NCBI RefSeq assembly: GCF_044704955.1
Contig: NW_027251843.1
Location: 682,001 to 746,000, forward strand
Reading direction: 5' to 3'
Length of the DNA: 64,000 bases
DNA from: Pristiophorus japonicus
Taxonomy: Eukaryota
The notes beneath the pieces were generated by a model. That model was not told the DNA's origin. It ran no database searches and saw nothing but the letters and a program-made list of their open reading frames with translations. Each line of letters starts with the position of its first letter. Position 1 is the first letter of the stretch. Of the stretch, positions 24,265 through 36,754 are shown piece after piece. The position numbers and the translations under genes were made by a program.

Positions 24265-27200
24265 TCATGCCCTGGTTTCTCTTTGCCTTTGACTTCCCCC
24301 CTCGGGGTTAAACAACTTACACTGGTTGATGTGACAGCATTTTGTGCATTTCCGGAGTCTGACTGCATATACCATGGGGCTGGCCTTATCTACGATGTTA
24401 TAAGGCCCCCTGTACATGGCTCGAATGCCCCCACTCGGGCACAGTTCCTGAACATTACCTGGTCTCCCACCTTCCACTCGTGGCTTCTCCGGGGCTCGAG
24501 CAGCAACCGATGTTTCCTGGTGCTGGTTCCCCAGGTTACTGGCTGCCTGCCAGTGAATCTGTTTTAAAACCTCAAACAGATTCTGGACAAACCTGTCCCG
24601 GTTTACCTCCCTGACCTGAGCTTCTGTGAGGACCGGCACCAACACATGGGTTTGGTGCACATAACCCTCCCGGTGATGACCTCATGTGGGGAGTACCCTG
24701 TGCTCCTGGTGGGGCTGGCCCGGACACCCATTAATACCAATGGCAGGACCTCGTCCCATCTCTGTGGGAACGGCCCTATCTCCTTCCTCAGTCTTTCTTT
24801 CAGTGTCTGGTCCATGTGCTCCACAATCCACGATGACTGGGGGTTGTGAGCCACATGCCATTTCCCTTGTATTCCCAGATGTTTGAAGGTGGCCTGCATC
24901 ACCTGCCCCGTGAAATGGCTCCCTTGGCCGGATTCCACGACCTGTGGCAGTCCCCATCGGGAGAACACTTCCCTCACCAGGATCCTTGCTGTCGCTAGTG
25001 CTGTGGCTGCTCGACATGGGAAGGCCTCCACCCACTGGTAGAATCCGTCCACCAGGACTAAGCCATACTTGTTGGGACCCTCTACCGGTTTGCCGTTCCC
25101 CCTTTGTAGAAGGATGGGATACTGTGCTTGGACTTGCTTTAAGTGCGGGGCCAAAGCTACCCGCTGTGTGCCTCCCTTGTCCCGGATTGCTGCTACTGGA
25201 CCTGCTCTATACGGATCCCAGAATACCCCTTCCCTGGCCCCCTGATTGGCCAGCTCGTCTGCCCTTTGGTTGTCCTCCTCCTTGGGCTCTGTCTTTGAAT
25301 TGGGCTTTAACCTTGTGTATGTCGTAATCTCCCCGGGTGCCCGTAACCTCTAAAATCCCCCCTAGCAACGGTGCTGTTGCTAGGGGCTTCCCGTCTACAG
25401 ACTTGAAGTCGCGCCGGGCCTAGATGGCCAAGTACTCATTGCACGAATTACAGGTGAACATGGAATCCCAACGGATGGTATAGGGGGTGGGGAACTCGTC
25501 GGGATGGATAACCACGTACACCACCACCGACAGTTTGACGTGCTGAGTGCTCAGGGTGCTGGGGAGTTTAATGGCTCTCACTACCTTAGCTGTGGGGTCA
25601 TAAATCCCACACCCAGTGAGACGCTTCCCATTCACCTCCGAACTGGACCCGTCTATGTAGATCTCCTGGCCTGTCGGGTGTATCCTGGCCCGGAATCCCA
25701 CATCTACGTCCCACACCTCTTCCACAGTACATGCATGGGCCGTCCCTGGGTAGATGAAATTCACAGCCAGCTTTGGCTCAGTCAACCCCTGCACTCTCAG
25801 ATTCATCTGCGAGAGCAATAAAGTCCAGCGGGCAATGCAGGCACGGCTTACTGTTCTATCCTTTATCCTCCCGTCTAACAACATCTGGCTGGGGGTGTGG
25901 TGGGTCAGTAGAACGATCAGGGATAATCCTGTAAAGAGCTGGGAGTGCGGGCGCCATCTGTAAATTCTCCTTGAGGCGGCTGAACGTTTCCTGACAGTTC
26001 TGGTCCGACTCCCTTGCGGAGGAGCTGAAGCAGAGGGGCTGCCGTGGCGACGTACCCCTCTATAAAGTCCCGGCAGTACCCTGTCAGTCCCAGGAAGGAT
26101 CTTACCCCGGTTACATCCTTGGGGGCGGGTAACTCCTGTACTGCCTTCCTCTTTGCCTCATCGATCGCTCGCTCACCAGCCCTTACGGTCAGCCCGAGGG
26201 ATTTGACTTCCTCCCGGCCGATCTGGCTTTCTTTGGGTTCACTTTAAACCCTGTCTCCCGCAACAGCCTCAACAGCTCATCCAGCAGTGGCCTGTGCTCC
26301 TCCCGCTGCACGGAGAACAAAAGCAAGTCATCCACATACTGGATTAGCTGCTGGGGTCGGCTGAAGCCTTTGAGTGTGTCTGCCATACACTGGTGGAATA
26401 TGGAGGGGCTGTTGTGGAACCCCTGGGGAAGACATGTCCAGGTGTACTGCTTCCCTTTAAATGTAAATGCAAACTTACACAGGTCTTCCCCTTTAACGGG
26501 AATGGACCAGAACCCAATGGAGATATCCAGCACTGTGACAGTGGTTGCGGCCGCTGGAATGCTCCCTCTGAGGTCAGCAACAGCCGCGACTGTGGGAGCG
26601 CAGGCTGGGATATTTTTATTGAGCACCCGATAGTCCACGGTGGTTCTCCATAACTGGTGGGGCTACTTAACCGGCCAAAGTGGTGAGTTTACCTGGCTGG
26701 CTATCGGCCTCAACACCTCCTGTTCCACAGGGATCCCAGTGCCGTCTCCAAGTCGACTTCTGCCTCTCTGGGGAAGCTGTACTGTTTCTGTGGCCGTGAC
26801 ATGGGGTCCCCTTGTACCCTGACTTCTACCCCGTCACCCTGCCACAGTCGTGTTGGTGAGTGGTGAACGAGGCGAGGTTGTCCCACACGTTCGCCGGATA
26901 GTTGGCCGGGGTGTTACAGACCAGCTGCTCTAGGCCGTAATTCCCCTTGGGCTCCATACTACCACACTACCCCTTCCTTCCCCATCTCTTGGGATCACTG
27001 TCACCTCCGGCTTTATCTGAAGCAACTGCCCCCCATAGGCAGTGATTCCTTAAAACCACAATCACTCGGTGGGCCAACATAAAGTCAGCCCCAAGGACTC
27101 CCGATCCGGACTGTTCCCATTGCATCAGGACGCACTCCCACGTGCTATGGAGAGATCCTAGTTCTATGGCCAGGGGTTTTGAGATTGCCCCAGCCTGCTC

Positions 27201-27404
27201 GTTCCCCATGAACCCCACGAGGCTGAATGGGACCCTGCTAGACCAGGGTGAATTGGTTGGGTTTGTTGAATGGTCCACCGTGCTGGAAGCCCCGGTGCCC
27301 ACCAAATATTTCCCCTGCTCCATCTCCATCCACATCTTTACCCAGGGACTGCCCCACTCATTGTACGTGAGTGGACACAGGTACTCAGGCTGGGCGGGTT
27401 CTCG
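24265..27404 (-). pseudogene. pol of element A (PR-RT-tether-RNase H-IN), frameshifted and deleted
   Basis: LVGTGAS, YVDDLLL, IYIDGSS..GCGIY, ESGQGSHF, GPY. Confidence 0.9.
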
Positions 27405-29029
27405 TCAGGGTGGGGGGCATGTGGGTGTGATGGGCATCTAACTTGTCTCTGTTCTTCCCATAACCTTCCGTTGGGCAGCCACCAGAAACTCGAATGACTC
27501 GTCGGTCGTCCCCTTCCCCTCTGTAACACGCGGCTTTTGCACTGGAGGACCCCCTCGGTCTGGCCCCCTTCCCCTTTTGGGAATGGGCAGTCTCGCCTCC
27601 AGTGTCCCGGCTTCCCACACCCGAAACAAGACCTGGACTTGTCGGTACTAACCCATTCCTGTCGCCATTCCTTCCTATTACCCTCACTGGCTTTCATTTC
27701 GTGGATCCTTCCATTTGATTTGACCTCTTTCCCGGAATCGGCCTTAAAGGCTGGACTCAGCTTTCTGAGCACACCTGCCTCCATATTGGCGAGGTTCTTG
27801 GGGTCAAACCACACTTCTGCCCTGGCCCTGATCCTTGGCAAGCTGTTGGCCACAAGGACCCTGAACCAGTGATTCCTGGGGTCCCTATCAACTGCGTGCA
27901 GTCGAGCGTCCATCCAGTTGCCTTTACGTACACAGGCCATCGCCTGTCCGCGAATGCATCTAGTGCCTCGCCGGACAGCTGCCTGGACCATTCTACCTGT
28001 AAGAACGGGCTACCCTGGGTATGCCCCATGGCCCTCAGGGTCTCGTCTTACAGCCCCTCTATGGTGCCTTCTACTCACTTTGTGGCTGCGGATAAGCCCT
28101 GATACAATCTCCAATCAAGGGAGGACAGAATCAGCCTGTTGATCTCGCCCTCACTACATCTGTTGACCCCCCTACCTGTTCTACTTCCATAAAGTGAACT
28201 TAGGGGTCGCCTCCCTGTTTGAGCTTGTGCGTCCCTGCTAGCGTGACTTGCAGCTGAGGGGTTGTGATCGGGACCACATAATCGCTCTGCAGTGGGCCCT
28301 GCTCACCGTTTGGTGCGGGTGGACCAAACTTCTGCTGCCGCAGAGGACACATTGGTGTTGGTGGTACTTCCGGCAACGGTCGGACTTCCCTGTCCTGAGC
28401 CCTATCATCAGGCTCCTGACCCTCCTTGTCCCAGTCTACCCCGGTTTTCCCCGGTGACATTAAACAGGCCAAACCTCTGGCTCAAGACAAGGCTTGGCTC
28501 AATTTATGGATCCTTTCCTTACAGGATCCGTGATCTGTTTCCTCATAGCCTCTACTCCTGGCTACTTTATCAACTATCTTTATATCCCTTAGCTGACCCT
28601 CCAAGCTGCCAGCTTTCGCTATTAGCCTCACATTCTCCTCCCGTAGGGCCTGCTCATTTACCTTGGCCTCTGTAACCTGACACTGTGGGTATTCCACCAT
28701 GTTAACGGAGGTCTCCTCTTGCTCACGTCTTTTTGCCTTTCCCCGTGCAGTTCCTCTAATACTCTGCTCCCGACTACCTCCCTCATGTGTGACCTATCCT
28801 CAGACTCTTTGAGCTCATTCCCTAACTTTTCAACATACTTCCTGAACAGTTGAACTTGCTTCTGCAGACACAGGAGCCAAATCACTTTTTCCTTTGATTT
28901 GCTGTGATCCCTGCTACCTGTCCACTCTGCATCCCTATCCTGGGGATTCTCAGAGCACAGCATCGCCAGCACCCATGGCTGAGACACGTTAATCTTATTG
29001 AACACGTCGGAGGAAATCCTATCCTCCAT
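27405..29029 (-). pseudogene. gag of element A
   Basis: Coiled-coil N-terminus, PLRQQKFGPP, CFGCGKPGHWRRDC; homologous to 43340-44940. Confidence 0.85.
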
Positions 29030-29065
29030 TCCGGGTCTTGCCTCTGATCCGACACAAAACTTATC

Positions 29066-29083
29066 GTCCTGCCGCGGTCGCCA
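29066..29083 (-). other. Primer-binding site, tRNA-Arg(TCG)
   Basis: TGGCGACCGCGGCAGGAC is complementary to the recalled 3' end GTCCTGCCGCGGTCGCCA; lies 5 nt from the LTR end. Confidence 0.8.
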
Positions 29084-29945
29084 ATATCTGTAGGTGCTTT
29101 TCTCGGGCGTACCGAAAATGCAAGTTCTGGATGATAGGATTTATTCAGGCTCAACCGTATTATGTTTTTTAAGATTAACAACACCACACATAAACAGTGC
29201 AAAACAGCACAACCCTGGCTTGTCCAATAAGCCCTGCCATACTAAGTTACCACGGCTTAATAAAAGAACCCTCCCGTGAAATAAACTAACACAGGAACCC
29301 CCCCCAGCAGTAAACCCTTGGGTTTGGTTGAGACTTACAATCACCCCCTCACACAGCTAAGTGGTCTTGCGGATGTGTAGACGCAGGCAATATGCTCACA
29401 CGGATTGCCCGTTGTCTTGCTTGCAGCTTCTTCCTGAACATCTCACTCCTGGTTCCGTACCGCCGATGCAGAATCCAAGTTCCAGTTTGAGTCGAGGTCA
29501 GTTGGTGAGGATTGAAGAGCAGCGCTCAGCTTCTAGCGGTGTTTCGTTGAATGAAGAGAGCTTCAGACCGTTGCAAAGTGGCTCCTTATATCTCCAAAAC
29601 CCATCACCTTTCCTCCCGCCAATACTGACCAATGGATTGACTCCGGTGATCTGTCTGGACGCCCCCCCACCGTGGCCTGGAGTGCCTCATAGCCTTTGAA
29701 ATCTTTGTGAAAAATGATATTTTGTTTTCCCGCTTCCAGGCCTTGCATCTGGAGAGACAATGGGTGCTGATTACTGGATGTCTGTCGTTTCCTGAGTTGA
29801 TGGCCCCCATTAGCAGGTAATGGGTTTCGATCACAAACCGATCTTGCTTAACCGGCTTATCTCCTGGAAGACAATGGGCCGGCCATTTCCTGCCTTGCAC
29901 CAGTTTGGGTTGAGACTGAGTGGTGACTGTGCTTTAATAATGCGA

Positions 29946-30494
29946 GCAGCGGCCATGGGCAGCGTGGAGGCCTTGAGCAGCGGCTTGGCGGCATGCCATT
30001 TCAGGGAGCAGCGCAAGCTGGTGCAGAAGGGCGACAGCAGCGAAGAGGGACGTCATCAAGGTCCAGGTCAGTGATTGGAACGTGGGCAGATAAAGCAGGC
30101 ACGGTGAGATCGGGGCGAAGGAGAGGCGAGAGACTGTACAGGGATGTGATCGGGGCCCAGGAGAGACGTGAGTTTGGTGCCAGGGCCCAGTGGCAGCACG
30201 GGCCAGCCCACACCGCGATATGTGAGCACACTAGGTCCATGCAGCAGAGCAGGTCTTGAGTTGTCTGGATAACCCTTGCCACTGGACCAAGACCTCGCTC
30301 TGTCAAGCCCGTGTGGTGGCTGGTGTGCAACGGCCACCCCACATTAAAAAAAATCATGCACAGGCAACTTCCGCCATTCAGGATTTAGTTCGGGACCCGG
30401 AATATTTGGTCCTTTATTCAAACACCTGTGAACTCATCATTTTTTGGCGTGGAAGCAAGTCATCCAAGTTTCGAGGGACTGCCTATGATGATGA
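29946..30494 (+). mobile_element. Non-coding retroposon with RTE-type 3' tail
   Basis: 12-bp TSD TTAATAATGCGA (29934-45/30495-506); ends GGGACTGCCTATGATGATGA. Confidence 0.8.
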
Positions 30495-31386
30495 TTAATA
30501 ATGCGAAGGCAGAGTGTCTCTGAGTTACCTCTCGGGGTATTGTTCCCAGTAATCACTTTAGATGGTGATGACATCAATGGACCTGGGTTCCCTGCCACTC
30601 AGCCTGTCAGTGTGAAATGTCCGGTTGTATGTGAATGCACGTTAGTCAGGTTAGCCCGGCTCGAACTCCTGCCGGTCAATTCTAGTCCATAAGTCACTCC
30701 CACAAGCTCGCCAAACAGTACAGTTCTTTCTTGGGCTTTTGCATTTAAGGATTTAAAGTATTGTTCATAAAAATGGCCAGAAAGCTGGTGCTACCATTCC
30801 TCACCTCTCCCTCTCCTCGCCCCGCCCCCACCCAAGGGCAATAATGGTTTGTTCGTCAACTCTCCCTCTCCTCTTCCCCACCTCCCCCCCTGGGACAATA
30901 ATGGTATGTTCCTCACCTCTCCACTTCCTCTCCCCCATTGTGGACAATAATAGTATGTTCCTCACTTCTCTCTTGACCTCTGCCCCCCTGTGGACAATAA
31001 TGGTATATTCCTCACCTCTCCACTTCCTCTCCCCCGCTGTGAACAATAATGGTATGTTTCTCACTTCTCTCTCTCCCTCTCCCCCGCTGGGGACAATAAT
31101 GGTATGTTCCACACCTCTCCCTCTCCCCTCCCTGCACCCCTCCCCGGAGACAATAATGGTATTTTCCTCACCACTCCCTGTCGGTCTTCCCCTCCCAACG
31201 CCGCCCCCCCCCGCCTCCCCCGGGGACATTAATGATATGTTCCTCACCTCTTCTTCACCCCCCATGGTGACATAAATGGTATGTTCCTCACCTCGCCCCC
31301 TCCTTTCCCCATCGCCCCCCACCCTAGGAACAATAATGGCATGTTACTCAATTCTCCCCCATCCTGCACCAGGGACAATAATGGTA

Positions 31387-34300
31387 TAGAAACATAGAAA
31401 CATAGAAAATAGGTGCAGGAGTAGGCCATTCGGCCCTTCGAGCCTGCACTGCCATTCAATGAGTTCATGGCTGAACATGCAACTTCAGTACCCCATTCCT
31501 GCTTTCTCACCATACCCCTTGATCCCCCTGGTAGTAAGGACTACATCTAACTCCTTTTTGAATATATTTAGTGAATTGGCCTCAACAACTTTCTGTGATA
31601 GAGAATTCCACAGGTTCACCACTCTCTGGGTGAAGAAGTTTCTCCTCATCTCGGTCCTAAATGGCTTACCACTTATCCTTGGACTGTGACCCCTGGTTCT
31701 GGACTTCCCCAACATTGGGAACATTCTTCCTGCATCTAACCTGTCTAAACCCGTCAGAATTTTGAACATTTCCATGAGATCTCCTCTCATTCTTCTGAAC
31801 TCCAGTGAATACAAGCCCAGTTGATCCAGTCTTTCTTGATATGTCAGTCCCGCCATCCCGGGAATCAGTCTGGTGAACCTTCGCTGCACTCCCTCAATAG
31901 CAAGAAGGTCCTTCCTCAAGTTAGGAGACCAAAACTGTACACAATACTCCAGGTGTGGCCTCACCAAGGCCCTGTACAACTGTAGCAACACCTCCCTGCC
32001 CCTGTACTCAAATCCCCTCGCTATGAAGGCCAACATGCCATTTGCTTTCTTAACCAACTGCTGTACCTGCATGCCAACCTTCAATGACTGATGTACCATG
32101 ACACCCAAGTCTTGTTGCACCTCCCCTTTTCCTAATCTGTCACCATTCAGATAATAGTCTGTCTCTCTGTTTTTACCACCAAAGTGGATAACCCCACATT
32201 TATCCACATTATACTTCATCTACCATGCATTTGCCCACTCACCGAACCTATCCAAGTCACTCTGCAGCCTCATAGCATCCTCCTGGCAGATCACACTGCC
32301 ACCCAACTTAGTGTCATCCGCAAATTTGGAGATACTATATTTAATCCCCTCGTCTAAATCATTAATGTACAATGTAAACAGCTGGGACCCCAGCACAGAA
32401 TTTTGCGGTACCCCACTAGTCACTGCCTGCCATTCTGCAAAGTACCCATTTACTCCTACTCTTTGCTTCCTGTCTGACAACCAGTTCTCAATCCACGTCA
32501 GCACACTACCCCCAATCCCATGTGCTTTAACTTTGCACACTAATCTCTTGTGTGGGACCTTGTCGAAAGCCTTCTGAAAGTCCAAATACACCACATCAAC
32601 TGGTTCTCCCTTGTCCACTCCACTGGAAACATCCTCAAAAAATTACAGATTTGTCAAGCATGATTTCCCTTTCACAAATCCATGCTGACTTGGACCTATC
32701 ATGTCGCCTCTTTCCAAATGCGCTGCTATGACATCCTTAAGAATTGATTCCATAATTTTACCCACTACCGATGTCAGGCTAACCGGTCTATAATCCACTG
32801 TTTTCTCTCTCCCTCCTTTTTTAAAAAGTGGGGTTACATTAACTACCCTCCACTCCATAGGAACTGATCCAGAGTCAATGGAATGTTGGAAAATGACTGT
32901 CAATGCATCCGCTATTTCCAAGGCCACCTCCTTAAGTACTCTGGGATGCAGACCATCAGGCCCTGGGGATTTATCGGCCTTCAATCCCATCAATTTCCCC
33001 AACACAATTTCCCGACTAATAAGGATTTCCCTCAGTTTCTCCTTCTTACTCGACCCGCTGATCCCTTTTATATCCGGAAGATTGTTTGTGTCCTTCCTAG
33101 TGAATACCAAACCAAAATACTTGTTCAATTGGTCTGCCATTTCTTTGTTCCCAGATATGACTTCCCCTGATTCTGACTGCCGGGGACCTACATTTGCCTT
33201 TACTAACCTTTTTCTCTTCACATATGTATAGAAGCTTTTGCAGTCCATTTTAATGTTCCCTGCAAGCTTCCTCTCGTACTCTCTTTTCCCTGCCCTAATC
33301 AAAACCTTTGTCCTCCTTTGCTGCGTTCTAAATTTCTCCCAGTCCCCGGGTTCACTGCTATTTCTGGCCAATTTGTATGCCACTTCCTTGGCTTTAATAC
33401 TATCCCTAATTTCCCTTGATTGCCACGGTTGAGCCACCTTCCCTTTTTTATTTTTACGCCAGACAGGGATGTACAATTGTTGTAGTTCATCCACGCGGTC
33501 TCTAAATGTCTGCCATTGCCCATCCACTGTCAACCCCTTAAGTATCATTCACCAATCTATCCTAGCCAATTCATGCCTTATACCTTCAAAGTAACCGTTC
33601 TATAAGTCCTGGTCCATGGTCTCTGAATTAAATGTTTCATTCTCCATCCTAATGTAGAATTCCACCATATTATGGTCACTCTTCCCCAAGGGGCCTCGCA
33701 CAACGAGATTGCTAATTAATCCTCTCTCATTGCACAACACCCAGTCTAAGATGGCCTCCCTCCTAGTAGGTTCCTCAACATATTGGTCTAGAAAACCATC
33801 CCTTATGCACTCCAGGAAATCCTCCTCCACCGTATTGCTTCCAGTTTGGTTGGCCCAATCTATATGCATATTAAAGTCACCCATGATAACTGCAGCACCT
33901 TTATTGCATGCACCCCTAATTTCCTGTTTGATGCCCTCCCCAACATCACTACTACTGTTTGGAGGTCTGTACACAACTCCCATTAGCGTTTTCTGCCCCT
34001 TGGTATTCCGTAGCTCCACCCATACCGATTCCACATCATCCAAGCTAATGTCTTTCCTTACAATTGCATTAATTTCCTCTTTAACCAGCAACGCCACCCC
34101 GCCTGCTTTTCCTTTCTGTCTATCCTTCCGAAATGTTGATTACCCTTGGATGTTGAGTTCCCAGCCTTGGTCACCCTGGAGCCATGTCTCTGTGATGCCA
34201 ACCACATCATATCCATTAACTGCTATCTGCACAGTTAATTCATCCACCTTATTCCGAATGCTCCTCGCATTGAGGCACAGAGCCTTCAGGTTTGCCTTTT

Positions 34301-36262
34301 TAACACACTTAGACCCTTTAGAATTTTGCTGCAAAGTGGCCCTTTTTGTTTTTGCCTTGGGTTTCTCTGCCCTCCACTTTTACTCATCTCCTTTCTGTCT
34401 TTTGCTTCTGTCTCCATTTTGTTTCCCTCTGTCTCCCTGCATTGGTTTCCATCCCCCTGCCATATTAGTTTAACTCCTCCCCAACAGCACTAGCAAACAC
34501 TCCTCCTCGGACATTGGTTCCAGTCCTGCCTAGGTGCAGACCGTCCAGTTTGTATTGGTCCCACCTCCCCCAGAACCGGTTCCAATGCCCCAGGAATTTG
34601 AATTCCTCCCTGCTGCACCACTGCTCAAGCCACATATTCTTCTGAGCTCTCCTGCAATTCCTACTCTGACTAGCACGAGCACTGGTAGGCATCCCGAGAT
34701 TATTACTTTTAAGGTCCTATTTTTTAATTTAGCTCCTAGCTCCTTAAATTCGTCTCGTAGGACCTCATCCCGTTTTTTACCGATATCTTTGGTACCAATG
34801 TGCACTATGACAACTGGCTGTTCACTCTCCCTTTTCAGAATTTCCTGCACCCACTGCGAGACCTCCTTGACCCTTGCACCAGGGAGGCAACATACCATCC
34901 TGGAGTCTCGGTTGCGGTCGCAGAAACGCCTATCTATTCTCCTTACAATTGAATCCCCTATCATTATCGCTCTCCCAGTCTATTTCCTGTGCAGCAGAGC
35001 CAGCCATGGTGCCATGAACTTGGCTGCTGCTGTTCCCCCCTGATGAGTCATCCCCCTCAACAGTACTCAAAGTGGTGTATCTGTTTTGCAGGGGGATGAC
35101 CACAGGGGATCCCTGCACTACCTTCCTTGCACTGCTCTTCCTGTTGGTCTTCCATTCCCTATCTGGCTGTGGACCCTTTACCTGCAGTAAGACTAACTCA
35201 CTAAACGTGCTATTCACGTCATTCTCAGCATCGTGGATGCTCCAGAGTGAATCCACCTTCAGCTCCAATTCCGCAGCGCGGTCTGTCAGGAGCTGGAGGC
35301 GGATACACTTCCCGCACACGTAGTCGTCAGGGACACCGAAGGCGTCCCTGATTTCCCACATAGTACAGGAGGAGCATAACACGTGTCTGAGCTCTCCTGC
35401 CATGACTTAACCCTTAGATGAACTTAAATTGCCAACAACACTGCTAAAAGTTACTCACTGATATCGAAGAGAAAAAAGAAAAACTACTCACCAATCACCA
35501 GCCAATCACTTACCCCCTTGGCTGTGACATCACCTTTCTATTTCTTTCTACTTCTTTTTTGCCTTCTCCCTGTAGCTGTACAAGCCGGGCCTTTATAGGC
35601 CTCTCGCTGACCCCGGACTGTCACCTCTCTCCGACGTTGCCCAACTCCTGATCTCGCGGCCTTTATAGGTCTCTCACTGACCCCGGACTGTCACCTCTCT
35701 CCGACGCTGTCCGACTCCTGATCTCGCGGCCTTATAGGCCTCTCGCTGACCCCGGACTGTCACCTCTCTCTGACGCTGCCCAACTCCTGATCTCGCGGCC
35801 TTATAGGCCTCGCGCTGACCCCGGACTGTCACCTCTCTCCAACGTTGACCAACTCCTGATCTCGCGGCCTTATAGGCCTCGCGCTGACCCCGGACTGTCA
35901 CCTCTCTCCGACGTTGCCCAACTCCTGATCTTGCGGCCTTTATAGGCCTCTCGCTGACCCCGGACTGTCACCTCTCTCCGACGCTGTCCGACTCCTGATC
36001 TCGCGGCCTTTATAGGCCTCGCGCTGACCCCGGACTGTCGCCTCTCTCTGACGTTGCCCAACTCCTGATCTCGCGGCCTTTATAGGCCTCTCGCTGACCC
36101 CGGACTGTCGCCTCTCTCCGACGTTGCCCAACTCCTGATCTCGCGGCCTTTATAGGCCTCTCGCTGACCCCGGACTGTCACCTCTCACCGACGCTGCCCG
36201 ACTCCTGATCTTGTGGCCTTATAGGCCTCGCGCTGACCCCGGACTGTCGCCTCTCGCCGACG
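31387..36262 (-). mobile_element. Full-length CR1 LINE (copy 3), multiple disruptions
   Basis: Collinear with copy 2: ORF1 34465-35403, ORF2 31485-34390. Confidence 0.96.
35590..36262 (-). repeat. CR1 5' UTR array, 69-70-bp monomer x about 9.5
   Basis: CCTTTATAGGCCTCTCGCTGACCCCGGACTGTCACC recurs. Confidence 0.95.
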
Positions 36263-36754
36263 TTCCACACAGCTACCCCCCTGGGGAATATAATGGTAAG
36301 TTCCTCACCCCGCCCTCTCCTCGCTCCTGCACCCCCCCCCCCCCCCCCGCCAACTCCCCTGCCGGGGACAATAATGGTATGTTTCTCACCTCACCCTCTC
36401 CTCTCCACCCCTGGGTACAATAATGGCATGTTCCTCTCCTCTCCCCCCCACCCCCCGGACAATAGTAGTATGTTCCTCACCTCTCGCTCGCCCCAGCGGG
36501 ACAATAATGGCATCTTCCTCACCTCTCCCTCTCTTCTCCCCCGCCGGGGACACTAATGGTAGGTTCCTCCCCCCACACACCCCCAGGGACAATATTGGTA
36601 TGTTCCTCACCTCTCCCTCTCCTCTCCACCCCCGCACTCCGGTACAATAATGGTATATTCATCTCCTCTCTCCCCACCCCGGGGACAATAATGGTATGTT
36701 CCTCACCTCTCCCTCTTCTCTTCTCCTCCGGCAACAATAATGGTATGTTTCTGT

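Larger units (their letters stand above)
22737..30798 (-). mobile_element. Retrovirus-like LTR element A (lokiretrovirus-like), env-less and decayed
   Basis: 3' LTR about 22737-24083 and truncated 5' LTR 29089-30798; PBS 29066-29083; gag with CCHC; LPQGFHNSP/YVDD RT; RNase H; integrase WVEAFP. Confidence 0.88.
30799..36748. repeat. About 50-bp minisatellite (GGACAATAATGGTATGTTCCTCACCTCT..), split by CR1 into 30799-31386 and about 36270-36748
   Basis: Same unit on both sides of the CR1. Confidence 0.9.
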
